Assembly: GCF_963921235.1 (NCBI RefSeq)
Contig: NC_086109.1
Span: forward strand, 9,178,001 to 9,242,000
Source of the DNA: Mobula hypostoma
Lineage: Eukaryota
DNA length: 64,000 nt
Reading direction: 5' to 3'
Shown here in pieces: positions 25,410 through 38,600 of the stretch. Every line of letters starts with the position of its first letter. The first letter of the stretch is position 1. Under the pieces are notes generated by a model, which made no database searches, had not been told where the DNA came from, and was given only the letters and a program-made list of their open reading frames with translations. Both the position numbers and the translations under genes were made by a program.

Positions 25410-26016
25410 TTACAAACAGGAGAAAATCTGCAGATTGCTGGAAATCCAAAGCAACACAAAATGCTGGAGGAGCTCAGCAGGCCAGGCAGCATCTATGAAA
25501 AAGAATACAGTTGACGTTTCGGGCCGAGACCTTTCAGCAGGACTGGAGAAAAAAAAAGATGAGTAGATTTAAAATGTGGGGGGAAGAGAGGTAGGAACAC
25601 AAGGTGGTAGGTGACACGGCAGGGGGTGAAATAAAGAGCTGGGAAGTTGATTGGTGAAAGAGATACATGGCTGGAGAAGGGGGAATCTAGGAGTCGACAG
25701 AAGGCCATGGAAGAAAGAAAAAGTGAGGTGGGGAGGAGCACCAGGAGGGATTGGTAGGCAGGCAAGGAGGAGAGAGAGGGAAAGGGGGAACAGGGAATTG
25801 TGAAGGGGGGAGGCATCACGAGAATTTCAAGATATCGATGCTCATGCCATCAGGTTGGAGACTACCCAGACAGAATACAAGGTGTTGTTCCTTCAACCTG
25901 AGTGTGGCCTCATAATGACAGTAGAAAGGGCCATGGATTGAGATATCAGAATAGGAATGGGAAGTGGAATTAAAATGGAGATCCCACTTCTTCTGACGAA
26001 CGGAGCGTAGATGCTC
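25410..26016 (-). mobile_element. Penelope-like element 3' end: GIY-YIG endonuclease C-terminal remnant plus terminal repeat
   Basis: 26016->25816 translates (with a small deletion) EHLRSVRQKKWDL..HFNSTSHSYSDISIHGPFYCHYEATLRLKEQHLVFCLGSLQPDGMSIDILKFS*; degenerate hammerhead motif at 25508-25545 (CUGCUGA). Confidence 0.85.
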
Positions 26017-27734
26017 AGTTGTGAAATTTGTTGTTTGTGATAGCAGGTACGGTGCAATACATAAAAATACTATAAATTACAGTAAGAAATATGTATTAAA
26101 AAAGTAGGTATTGCAAAGGAGAGCAAAAATAGTGAGATAGCATTTATGAGTTCATTGCCCCTTCAGAAATCTGATGGCAGAGGGGAAGAAGCTGCTTCTA
26201 AAACATTGAGTGTGCGTCTTCGGGCTCCTGTACCTCCTCTCCAATGGTAGCAATGAGAAGACAGCATGCCAATGAAGGCACTGCCTATTGAAGAGGTCAT
26301 CGATGCTGGCGTAGCTAGGACCCCAGCCTTTTCTGATTCTGTGCAGTGGCCCTGCACACCAGACAGTGAAGCAAACAGTTAGAACGCTCTCCATGGCACA
26401 CCTGTAGAAATTTGCTTGTCTTTGGTGACATACCAAATTTTCTCAAACTCCTGATGGCTACCGGCCATGGTTTCCTCGTTATGTTGGGCCCAGGGTAGAG
26501 AGATGCAGTTGCAAAGAATCTATCTTGCTTTGATTTTGCAAGTGGGGCTAGTGTATCTTGGTTGGAATGGATCAATTGGGTCAAAGTATCTGCTTCCATC
26601 CTGTACGACTCTACAAGTCTCTTTGAGTCAGTGAGGCTGCCATTATCACAGTTGTAGAAGATATCTGATGTGGATGTATCAATGCATTCTCTATGTTCCT
26701 GTCACTTGTGCTGTCTCCGAGGGAACTTGGCATGGTTGAGAGCGAGTTTGAGAATGGAGTCTGCGGCATAACAGCCAGGCACGAACCCATGTGCGACTCC
26801 AGCTTTTGGATCAATTAAAGCATTGAGCAAGATTGAAACCAACGAGGAGAGCAGAAGGTGAGCGGGCATTCAGCAACTGTCTGCCTAGTTTGACCAGTCT
26901 CCTTCTCCCTCTTGCTCTCTGCCGCCAGAGGAAGGTGAAGGAGACAGCGTCTTGGGCAAGGTTTGATAGTTTGTGGATTGGACTGACTTTTAGAAGACTC
27001 AGCAGTTCCTGTTATATGTGTTTCTGGTTAGTTTTTTTCATATTGTTGTTTTGCACTATTTTGATCGGGAGTGGTTCTGCAGCCTGCAATCAGCACGTGA
27101 CACAGCCCCATATTGAACTGATCTACACAAAACATTCCCAGACTGCTTCAAGGACTCTATGGTTTGATGTTTAATATTCTGTGTTAATTGCTGATTTAGT
27201 GCTGTTTGCACGATTTGTTGTTTCTTTTGCATGTCGGGTGTTTGATGTTCTCTGTGAACGGGTTTCATGGCGTTTCTTTGTATCGTGGCTGTCTGCAAGA
27301 AGACAAGTCTCAGAGGTGTAAACTAATGATAAATATACTTTGAACCCAAATAAAGCACCAGTTCTAACCATTTTCAGAAAGAATGCAATGTAATTATATT
27401 GCAGTTCATGGATTCCCTGGGGCCTCTGAGTGTTTTTTGGTATGATACAACTCCTTCCCCCTTAGGACCAATGAGGTACTTTGGTCTGCTCTATCTTCCT
27501 TAAGCAGATCAATATTCAGTTTAGGCTCTTCTCTCTCATCGTTCCTTGGGCAGGGCTAGAGATCCAATGGCTAGGTAGCTCTATATGTTCCATCGGGTAC
27601 TCTGACAATGGAACTATACATTATCTCTGTTGGGGAGGGATCATGCCTGGCATTTGGTATCCTGATCCAGCAGGACGTTCCTTCTCCCTGACTTCATCTC
27701 CCACCATTTCAGATACCAAAGTTTGATGTCTGTG

Positions 27735-28143
27735 ATGGAATTCAGGAGGATGGGGAGTGGATATCATTGAAACCTACCAAAAACTGAAAGTGCTTGATAG
27801 AATGGACGTGAGGAGGAAGATCCTAATAGTGAGACAGTTTAGGATCGAGGGCACAGCCTCAGAATAGCAAGACATCCCTTTAAAAGTGAGATGATGTTGA
27901 ATTTCTTCACCTAGAGAGCAGCCAGTGTGTGGAATTCGTTGCAGCAGACGGCTGTGGAGGCCAAGTCACTGGGTATATTTTAAGCAGAGATTGACAGGTT
28001 CTTAATTGGTAAGGGAGTTAAAGGTCTTGGTGTAATGGCAGGAGACGGGGTTGAATAAAGATCAAATGAGCTTTGATTCAATGGTGGAGAAGACGCGATG
28101 GGTTGACTGGCCCAATTCTGCTCCACTATCTTGTGGTGTTATG
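27735..28143 (+). mobile_element. CR1 LINE 3' fragment
   Basis: GAATTCAGGAGGATGGGG...ATTGAAACCTAC (EFRRM..DLIETY-like) followed by the CR1 3'UTR. Confidence 0.7.
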
Positions 28144-29340
28144 TCACAGTATCTCCCTCTTGGTTACCAGAGCATAGTCAGTGACTCAAACAAACAACTA
28201 GAGTTTGGCATTAAATAAAAAACACATGGTCAGCACAATACTTCGGTTAGCTGCAAATTCCTTCCACAAATACACCGGCATTCCATCCGGAACAATAAAG
28301 AAACCAAAAGACAAGAGCTGAAGATATTTGAGATATTGAGAGAGTGGACAGCCAGGGCAGAATTGGCAAATACATCAGGATATAATTTTAAAGCGATTGG
28401 GGGAAAGTATAGGGGGCAGTGAGGCGTTGGGGGGGGGGGGAATGTCAGAGGCAGATCTTTTTTCCAAATACACAGAGTGGTGGGTGTGTGGAACGTGGTG
28501 GTGGGTGGTGGTAGAGTGGTAGAGGCAGATAATTAGGGACATTTAAGAGAATCCAAGATAGATGCATGAATGATAGAAAAATGGAGGGCTATTTGTGAGG
28601 GAAGGGTTAGATTGATCTTAGAGCAGGTTAAAAGGTTGGAGAAAATGATGGTTTAGCCTCATTGGTGTTGCCACTAAGTGGGCTGCATTATCATGGACAC
28701 TCCAGATTCTGAAGCTGCTGGAAGTCCATAGCAACACAATAAATGCTGAGGGAGCCCAGTGAGCCAGGCAGCATCTATGGAGGGGTATAAATTGATGTTT
28801 CAGACTGAGGCTCCTCATCAGGACTCGCGATGAAAGGTCTGATGTTCAGTCTATAAGGAATTTATACGTTCTCCCTGTGAGTGTGTGGATTTCTTCCAGG
28901 TGCTCTGGTTTCCTCCCATATCCCAAAGATGTATGGGTTAGTAGGTTATTTGGTCACATCGGTGTAATTGGGCAGTGTGGGCTCGTTGGGCTGGAAGGGC
29001 CTGTCACCGCACTGTACCTCTAAATAAAAACACTAAGAAGGCATAATTTTAAGATGATTGGAGGAAAGTTGAAGGGAGGATGTCAAGGGTAGGTTTATTT
29101 TTTACTTAGAGTGGTGGATGTGTGGTACGTGTTGTCAGAGCTGGTGGTAGAGGCAGATACATTAGGGGCATTTAGGAAACTCATAGATAGGCACATGGAT
29201 GCTATAAAAGTGGAGGGCTATGTGGGAGGGAAGGGTTAGATTGATCCTGGAGTAGGCTAACAGGTCAGCACCATTGCATCTTTCATACTTGAGTAACATT
29301 GTAAATATATTGATTAAGCATTCTTTCTTGGTTACATCAT

Positions 29341-29624
29341 TGGTGGCCGGTAGCGTAGTGGTCGGCACAACTCTTTACAGTACCAGTGACCCGGGTGTAA
29401 TGCCCGCCACTGTCTGTAAGGAGTTTGTATGTTCTCCCCGTGACCGCGTGGGTTTCCTCCGGGTGCTCCGGTTTCCTCCCACAGTCCAAAGATGTACCAG
29501 ATGGTAGGTTAATTGGTCATTGTAAATTGCCCTGTGATTAGGCTAGGGTTAAGTCGGGATTACTGGGTGGTGCAGCTCAGAGCTGGAAGGGTCTATTCTG
29601 CGCTGTATCTCAATAAACAAATAA
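29341..29624 (+). mobile_element. Near full-length tRNA-derived V-domain SINE
   Basis: A-box TAGCGTAGTGG, degenerate B-box, V-domain GAGTTTGTATGTTCTCCCCGTGACCGCGTGGGTTTCCTCCGGGTGCTCCGGTTTCCTCCCACA, tail TCAATAAACAAATAA. Confidence 0.8.
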
Positions 29625-31015
29625 ACTATGGGTTATATGTTTTGAATTGCATATGTCATTACACCACTAAGTGTGTGCCTCTCTAAAGTAAAACAAAACT
29701 AGAGAACACATGTTATTCCCCAGCTCTGTTTTTCTTTCAATTAGTCTTATGTTGTGAAATTACAAAACATAACAGCGGTGATAAATAAATTTTAAAATTA
29801 ACCCAAGACGTCTGCCTACCTATCGAAGTTCGAGTTTAAAAAAAAAGGTGTAGCATGCTTTCTTCGGAAGAGGAGAGAAACAGGCGAGTTTAAAAGAAAA
29901 TAGCATAGCAGTATTTTTTCTTCAGGAGGGGGAGAGAAAGATGGTCGGGGGTTTACCGGGTGGCGCAGCTCGAAGGATGGAAAAGTCAATTTCACGCTGT
30001 ATCTCAATAAAAGAAAATTGTAGTTCCAACATTTATACCTAATAAGTGTTAAAATCTGTTGAGGAAAGCAAGATCCAAATTCTATGGCAGAGATTTTCCA
30101 AGCAAAAGCTGCCTTCGTAAAATAGTTGTCAAGGGGGAAATAAAACGTCTTTTCAGTCTAAAACTGACACTTGCTGAAGACTGAATGACATATCCGTACA
30201 TCAGCCAGTGTTGTCAGAATCACACAAAAGGCTTGTGAGATCTGCAGTTGGCAAATGCCAGAAACTAAACCTGTGGGATTCATTTTTTTTATATCAGTAA
30301 CAGATAGGAGACAGGTCCTTCAGCAAACTTGGTCTGCAGTCGCCACTAGCTACTCCCTTACACGATTCCTGCAATGATGTTGTTTTTTTATTCTCTCTGT
30401 AACTCTCACCAAAACCTCACACCCCCCCACCCCCCATCATAGAGACATCATAGAGTGAACTGCAAACTCCACGCAGACAATAGGGAAGATCACGATGAAA
30501 CTTGGCTCTCTGGCACTTCATTATATCGACTCCAGTGATAAATGGGCAAATTAAAATTGTAAATGAGTTTGTTATTGTCTCATGACTGAGACCAGTGAAG
30601 ATCTGCTTTGCATGTCATCTATGCCTATTATTTTGTCAGATCAGTGCATCGAGGTAGTACAAGGGAAAACAACAGAATGAAGAATAAAGGGTTACAGCTA
30701 CAGTGAAAGCACAGTGCAGGCAGGCAGCAAGATGTGAGGCCATAATGAGGTAGATTTTGTGGTCAAGAGTGCATCCTATTGCACAAGGACCATTCAATAG
30801 TCTAATAACGGTGGGATAGAAGCTGTCCTTGAGCCTGGTGGTATGTGCTTTCAGGTTTTTGTGTCTTCTGTCTGATGAGGTGAGGAGAAGTGAGGATGCC
30901 TAAGGCAGGTGAGGTGTTTGTGCTGGCTGCTTTACTGAGGCAGTGAGAAGTGCGGACAGAGTCCGCGAAGGGGAGGCTGGATCCTGTGCTGTGCTAAGCT
31001 GTGCCCACAACCTCC

Positions 31016-31156
31016 ACAACCACAACTTTCAAATCCCTTACTCACTCTTCCTTCAGTTAGTCCTGACGAAGGGTCTCGGCCTGAAACGTCGACTGCACCT
31101 CTTCCTAGAGATGCTGCCTGGCCTGCTGCGTTCACCAGCAACTTTGATGTGTGTTG
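31016..31156 (+). mobile_element. Single Penelope-like terminal-repeat insertion
   Basis: 14-bp TSD TGCCCACAACCTCC at 31002-31015 and 31155-31168; near-identical to the arms at 13045-13280. Confidence 0.85.
31058..31095 (+). ncRNA. Minimal type-I hammerhead ribozyme motif (intact core)
   Basis: UAGUC CUGACGA A GGGUCUCGGCCU GAAAC GUC GACUG; helix I closes with a U.G pair. Confidence 0.7.
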
Positions 31157-33023
31157 CCCACAACCTCCTGCAGCTTCTCACAGTCTCAAGCAGAATGGTT
31201 GCCCTTCCAGGCTGTTATGCATCCAGATAGGATGCTTTCTATAAAATCGGCGAGGGCCAACAGGGGTATTCTGAATTCAATGAGATTCGAGATCAGCTTC
31301 ACACACAAAGTTCTGGAGGAACTTGGCAGGTCGGACAGAATCCACGAAGAGGAATGAACAGTTGATATTTCGAGTGAGGTGTAGGGATGAAATATCTCAG
31401 CCTGAGACGTTGGGCGACTAATTCCTCTCTGTAGACGCTGCCTGACCTGCTGAGTTCCTCCTGCATTATTGTCTCTGTTGTTCTGGATTTCCAGCATCTG
31501 CAAAATTGCTTGTGTATAGACATTAGTTTTATTTGTCACGCGTACATTGAAGCATACAGTGAAACGCATATCGATGCAGCTAGTAAGGCGGCAAAACACT
31601 GTCCATGTTTCATTAGAGATTTGAGGAGATTTGCAAACATCAAAAGATTTCTATGGATGTATCGCAGAGAGCATTCTGGCTGGCCACGACCCCATTTGGT
31701 GTGGGGCAGGGGGAGCGAATTAATCAGCTCCATCATGGGCACTAGCCTCCATAGCATCCAGGACCTCTTCAAGGAGTGGTGCCTCAAAAAGGGGGCGTCC
31801 ATCATTTAGGACCCCCCTCAACCAGGACGTGCCCTCTTCCCATTGTTATGATCAGGAAGGAGGTACAGGAGCCTGAAGGCACACACTCAGCGATTCAGGA
31901 ACAGTTCCTTCCCCTCTGCCATCTGATTTCTGAAAGGACATTGAATTCATGAACACTACCTCACTACTCTTTAAAATTCTCTTTTTGCACTACTTATATA
32001 TCAAATAGTTATGTATATTACTGTAATTCAATTTTTCCCCATCTTATCATTGCACTGACGAAGGGTCTCGGCCCGAAACGTTACCTTGAACTCTAGCTGA
32101 GATGGCAAGGAATGGGGCCAATCACCAGTTAGGAAAACTGCATTCAAATCAGCAGTCTCCCCATCAAAACATTGACTGAACACAATAAAAAGGACTGTTT
32201 GCTTATCTATTGAGAAGGTGTTCATTAAGGTAGATTTGTTTAAAACCACGATGTGCCGCAAAACTTGTGGTTCCCGCAAAGCACGTGTCTTTTAATTAAT
32301 ATTTTAAGATCAGGGCAAACCTTACATAAACTGATTGGCATGTTGAAAAATGTGTCGACTTGCAATGACTCTTCATGTGACAAAAATTATAAACAGTGCA
32401 ATTAACAAAGTTGAAAACAGCATTCATTTAAATATCCTGACAGTCTATGCATTAACCTCGAGGCTAAATATGGTTTATCAATATTGACAGACATGTTCAT
32501 TTTCCACCAATGGTCCGGTCTCCCTTAATGAGGAACCAAGCTAATTATGTAGTCGATTGGAAAATGTACCACTGACCTTCACATACACAAACATTCCATG
32601 TAATAATAACAGGAGTGCATTTAATTAAATTGGAGAGAACTATATGCCCAACCTTTAAGAAACAGTCTGCTTGTAATGGTGGTGACAGGCAAGTCAATGG
32701 ATGAAGTCTCCCAAGATTTTCCTTGCTGCTCTGCAAGTCTTTGAATGACATACTGCTCAGAAACAGATTTGTTTACACTGGTAAATTTTCCAGCAGAAAA
32801 TAGATCTGATTTGTGCTTTCATGAAAAACAGTGCTGCGAATGAAAGCCATCTTTGGAACTTTATTAGAACAACTTCAAAGCAAATACAGCTGTTCTACAG
32901 GAACTACTATTCCAGCAAAATCAGAGTCAGGTTTATGATCATTGACACGTTGTGGAATTTGTTTTTTTGCAGTAGCAGTACACACAATGCAAAAAAAAAT
33001 TACTATCAATTTCAATGAGAATG

Positions 33024-33829
33024 CAATGAATTCTGGTTAACGTCGGCACCAGCACATTTTGGCCCAATTAAGCGGCTTCCTTAACAAGCTGAAGTTTCAT
33101 GGAAGTATTTTAAAAGGTATAAAAAAAGACAAACTACCATACTACTAAATATAAAATTATGTACTTAATTAAAATTCAGAAGAATTTAGAACACAACCAA
33201 TACTAGAGCAGTACTATATAGTTCCTAATAGTTATCGACTGAGGAATTTGTGCAGTGTAAATAGCTGTGTTCTTTTGACTGACTGTAAATGAACAAAATC
33301 AGTGCAGACACCTAGTGCAGATAATGGACCGCCTTCATACAATGCTTTTGACAATTGTATCCTCCAAATCTTCAACTTCATTGTAACAGTCAAGATTATT
33401 GTCGATGCCTTCAAATTCTTTGTAGTTCCTAGCTGGTTGAAGTAGTGAAACCATTTCATTTTCACTCCTGGCCAATTCTGGCACATCCTGAACCCTTGAA
33501 GCCACATAAATAAGCCACAGAATATATTTTGCTGCTTATTTCTTGCCAACTATCAGTGACAAAAATGACTGCATTTTGAACACATACACATGCAATTGAC
33601 ACTATTTAAAAGCTGCTCACTTTAGGCACACTGTAGTGTCTAATGGCCACATAAGTGTACACAACTGATGCTAGTTACAAACAGTCTCCTGTCCCAATTA
33701 AGCGGCATATTGTCCCAATAAACGGCAGTTATCCTGGCTATTTTCTCAATTAGTTTTTGTTCGTTAAGAGTTGTCCCGAATAAGCAGCTGCCCTGATTAA
33801 TTGATAGTCCAATTAATTGGAATCCACTG
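33024..33829. mobile_element. Tc1/mariner-pogo-type non-autonomous element
   Basis: Right end TTAATTGGAATCCACTG-TA; left end CAATGAATTCTGGTTAA is a degenerate inverted match; repeated CCCAATTAAGCGGC subterminal motifs. Confidence 0.6.
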
Positions 33830-34560
33830 TAAATAAGTAATGCAAAGACATTGCAAAATGGTGAGGTAGTGTTCGTGGACCATTCAGAAATCTGACGGCG
33901 GAGCGGTAGAAACTGTTTCTGAAACATTGAGTGTGTGCCTTCAGGCTCGTGTACCTCCTCTTTAATGGTAGTAATGAAAAGAGGGCTTGTCCTGGATGAC
34001 GAGGGATCTTAATGATGGATGCTGCCTACTTGAGGCATTGCCTTTTGAAGGTGCCCGCTATGTTAGGGAGGCTAGTGCCCAGGGTGGAGCTGGCTGAGTT
34101 TACAACTTTCTGCAACTTTTTCCAAAAGTGGCCTCTCCAGACCAGACGGTGATGCAACCAGTTAGAATGCACATCTGTAGAAAGTTGTCTCTCCTTGATG
34201 TCATACCAAGGGCTCCTCAGACTCCTAATGAAATATAGCCAATGGCTTGCCTTCTTCGTAATTGCATCAATATGTTGGGGCCAGGACAGATCTTCAAAGA
34301 CGAAGACTGGTGTGTGTTCTCCCAATTTCTCCTTCCTGGAGCCCACAATCAATCCCTTCACCTTACTGACATTGAGTGCAAGGCTGGTGTTTATCCACTC
34401 AATCTATCTCACTCCTGTACACCTCCTTGTCATCGTCTGAGATTCTGCCGACAGCAGTTGGATCACTGGCAAATTGATAGTTGGCATTTGAGCTGTCACG
34501 GGCGAGGGCAGAGCATAAATCCTCGTCCAGGTTTTGGATTGGGACTGGTATATGTATCTG

Positions 34561-34830
34561 TCGGCACGGTAGCATCGTGTTAGGCACAATGATATACAGT
34601 TTCAGCTCCAAGATCAGGGCTTAAATCCCCATTGCTGTCTGTAAGGAGTTTGTACGCTCTCCCCATGACAGCTTGGGTTTCCTCCCACAGTCCAACAACT
34701 TACCGGTTGGTGGGTTAATTGGTCATTGTAAGTTGTCTCGTGATTAGGCTAGGGTGAAATCGGGGGATTGCTGGGCAGCATGGCTCAAAGGGCTGAACGA
34801 GCCCATTCCGCGCTGTATCTCAATAAATAA
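34561..34830 (+). mobile_element. V-domain tRNA SINE
   Basis: Collinear with 29341-29624. Confidence 0.75.
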
Positions 34831-35417
34831 AGAAATACAATAGAATCTATGAAAAACTATACATAAACAACGACTGACAAACAACGGCCAATTCACCAGC
34901 CAACTGTACTGTGGAATATAAAACTCCACTGTGAAACCCCAGCAGTCACAGGGAGAACACAGAAAGAAACCTCACACAGTGCCCGAGGTCAGGATAGAAC
35001 CCAGGTTCCCGAGGTCATGAGGCAGCTGCTTTTTTTTTTCTCTCGCTCGCTCTCTCGCTCTCTCTGCAGGCCAAGCCCCTTCCTCCGTCCAGCACAGGGA
35101 GGATCCAGCCTGGAGTCACGCTAACCCACAAAAGGATGTTGAAACCCCTTCTGCCCACAGACATTCTTGGGAACAAAGCGCTATCCGTAGGTAGCTATTA
35201 GAAACATTTTATTCCGTTTCTCAATCAAACCAGTCTGATGTTGATATATAATTAGACATAAATAGTTGTGAATGTTATAGTTCAGATGGGACAAGTGTTG
35301 GGTGGGACATCTGCTGGGCCTGTCCTAGGGACAGATACTGCTGATACATCAAAGAGCACTACAGCACAGAAGCAGGCCCTTCAGCCCATCTAGCCTGGTC
35401 TTCTGTCTGGTCCCATC

Positions 35418-35651
35418 TGTTGTGTATTAAATATTTAGGTTACATTTGAGTAATCTTGTATCATATATTGGTTAAGCTTCCTTCTTTGATTAAATAATTA
35501 CATGTTACATGTAAAAACCCATTGATCACTTAAGTCATCATGCTACCACACGATATGTGCACGCCTTGCTTAAAGTAAACTCGAACTCACCCGTACTTTC
35601 GAACTCCCATAAGTTTCCTTGAACTAATGTTTGAAGTTACAAAACACAACA
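35418..35651. mobile_element. Putative solo LTR inside a CR1 tail
   Basis: TGTTGTGT...ACACAACA inverted termini; flanks CCATC / CCGTT (3/5); related sequence at ~29290-29775. Confidence 0.55.
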
Positions 35652-38600
35652 CCGTTGACCTGCGCCCAGGCCACAACCCTCCAAATGCCTCCTATCCATG
35701 TACCCATCAAAACTCCTCTTAATATATTGCTGTTGAATCCACATCCACCACTGCTGTTGGCAGCTCGTTCTACACTCACACCATCCTCTGAGTGAAGAGG
35801 TCCCCCCCTCAGATTCTCTTCAAGCACCTCACTAGACGGGCCGAAGGTCCCATTTCTTTGTGACGCTTGAAAATGGCAGACGAACGACAAGGGTTCTCTA
35901 TTGAGCAGCCTGTAAATTCATGCTACTCCAATTGATACCGGCTTTAATTCCAAATTTATTCACTAGCAGCTGACTACAAGCAACTGCAGAAATCTGACAC
36001 CAATACCCAGCATCAAATGATGCCTTTAAGAAAGAGGGGAATGAATCAGCGAGGTTTGACTGACAATTCTAAGTGAGTGTTATGTCTAATTAGCTCACAT
36101 CTGACAGTAAGGTTCAGTAGACAATGGCATCACACGCTTTCAGACAGTCATCAGATGACACACCTACTCTTCAGAAGCAGGAACCAGAACCTCCCACTTT
36201 CTAATTCAGCCAGCATAATTGCAGCCTGATGTTGACGGCGACTTCGAGCGGGTTTCAAAAGCTCTCAAAGAGCAGCAAGCCATAAGCACCAGGGGTTCTG
36301 CAGATGCTGGAAGTCCAGGGTAACACCGCACACAACACACCGGAGGAGCTCAGCAGGCCAGGCGGCATCTACGGAGAGGAGTCGGGAGTCGACGGACCGG
36401 GCTGAGATCCTTCAGTAGATGTAGATCTTTCCTCATCTGCCGTCTGCCACTCTTACAGAGCAGAAGCAACATGGTCATGTAGGTGGTTAATGCATCACTT
36501 CACGGAGCTAAACGAGATTTGAGTCCTGCTACTGTGAGGAGTTTGCATGTTCTCCCCATGACCGCAAGAAGAGCGTACAAACTCCTTACAGACAGCGGCG
36601 GGAATTGAACACTGATCGCTGAGGGCTGGCACTGCACCAACAGTTATACCACCGCGCTGACCGATAGGCCTGAAGTACCCACCTCATGTATCAGCCCGTG
36701 TTTAAAGGCACATCCCTGTCAAGTAGTGCACAGCTCACAACAGGTCTGCCCAGTTGTATGTTCTGGGAGCAATCGCTCAACACTAACCCAAGAGGTATAT
36801 TTTGGGTGTTTGGAGTTTGCGCTGAGAAACTCTCAGTCCAGCCACCAGGAATGAATATTGCAAGGGGCTCTTCTAATTGGAATGTGCTATCAATGGTTTA
36901 GTTTAATATCAGAGAATGTATGCAGTATACAACCTGAAGTTCTTACTCTTTGCAGACAGCTGAGAGACGAGGAAAAATCCCACAAACAATGAATGAACAA
37001 CAGAAAAAACATTTGAACCCCACAGCCCCTCTCCATGCACAATCAGCTACAAAAGAATCAACCCCCCCCACTTGCACCAGCGAAAAGCATCAGCACCCCC
37101 CCCCCAAACACCCACCATGCAAGAAATAGCAAAGTCCCCAAAGGCCATGACCTAGAGTTCATCAAACACTACTGTCCATCCCAACCCTTCGACATCTCAA
37201 CAGGCCCTCTCTCTCACCAATGATGGAGAACGCGATATCGCTCCTGCCACAGCGACGGGGGAGGCCAACAGCTTGCTATTTCGATGTTACAGTCTGCAGC
37301 GTCGCTTGTTCATTGTAAACATGCAATTCTGTTTACATTGTTACCCGTCTACATTCAGACCGTTACATTTAAGTAGGTAATTATGGCCGTTGGAATTGTG
37401 GTTAATCACATTATTATCTTTTGTGTTCAAAACTGGGTGAACGGGTGGATATACGACTCTACCAAAGTAGGTCTGAGGTGCTCCTTCCCTCCGCTAGCCT
37501 GCAGGTCACCCTTGGGCAAGGTGTAGCACCTGCTTAGCCCCCCGATCAGGGTCACATGAAACCATGAGAGCAGCCGGTACACATCACAAATCCTGGTTAT
37601 ATGACTACTGACACCAGGCAGACAGTCTCTGAAGAACACTAGTAATGGCTGGGGTCACCCGTCCTGTAAAGACGATGCCCAAAAGTAAGCAATGGTAAAC
37701 TACCTCTTGTGGAAACATTTCCCAAGAACAATCATGGACAAAGACGTTATACAACACTGCACATAATGATGATCTTCAAAAGTCTAAAAGATGTTAGTCA
37801 AGGAGAATCAGAATCAGGTTTAATATCACTGGAATATGCTTCGAACTTCAATAGATTTGCTTTAGAAGATTTGTTCAGTTTACAGCTTCCAGTGGTTTAG
37901 TGAAATCAGTCACTACGTGTGGTCCAGATTGCCCAGAAAATGAGGTTGTCTAATTGTTAAATTCTCTGAACACCTTCTTCTCTAGCTCTTCCTCGCCATC
38001 ACTGTAACTTTACATCAACTTGCCTTCACTGCTTCCCAATCCAAAATATCAACGTTGCTTCTCTCTCCACAGATGCTGTCTGACTAGCTGAGAAATTTCT
38101 TACGTCATTCCCCCTCGCCCATCCATCCTCTTCCCCTGCTTTCACCCATCACCTACCAGCTCGTACACGTTCCCCTCCCCCTCCATCTTATTCTGCCTTT
38201 GCCCCTCCTCACGTCCTTTTCCGGTCCTCATGAGAAAAGCCTTACCTCTCTTAGCTTACCCTCATAAAACATGCTCTCTAGTCCAGGCAGGATCCTGGTA
38301 AATGGTCTCAGATCCAAAGTACGTTTATCATCAAAGAAAGTACAAATTATACAACCTTGAGATTTGTCTGCTTACAGGTAGCCGCAAAGCAAGAAACCAG
38401 AAAGAACCCAACTAAGAAAAAAAAAGCATAACCACTGCACTGAGACAGAATGAGCACACACACTTCAAACCAGATTGAGTCCCTCAATCTGCTTCTGGAG
38501 CAGTTGGAGTAGGCCCAGGCCTCAATCTCAGTTCATCATATTAGCGAAGTAAAAATGTCGCGAAGCTCGCAGAGATGACAGCCGCCAGAACAGCTCACAG

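Noticed and set aside
29341..29415. tRNA genes (also ~48180-48250 on the minus strand)
   Set aside because: SINE heads with degenerate B-boxes, continuing into V-domain or CORE bodies.
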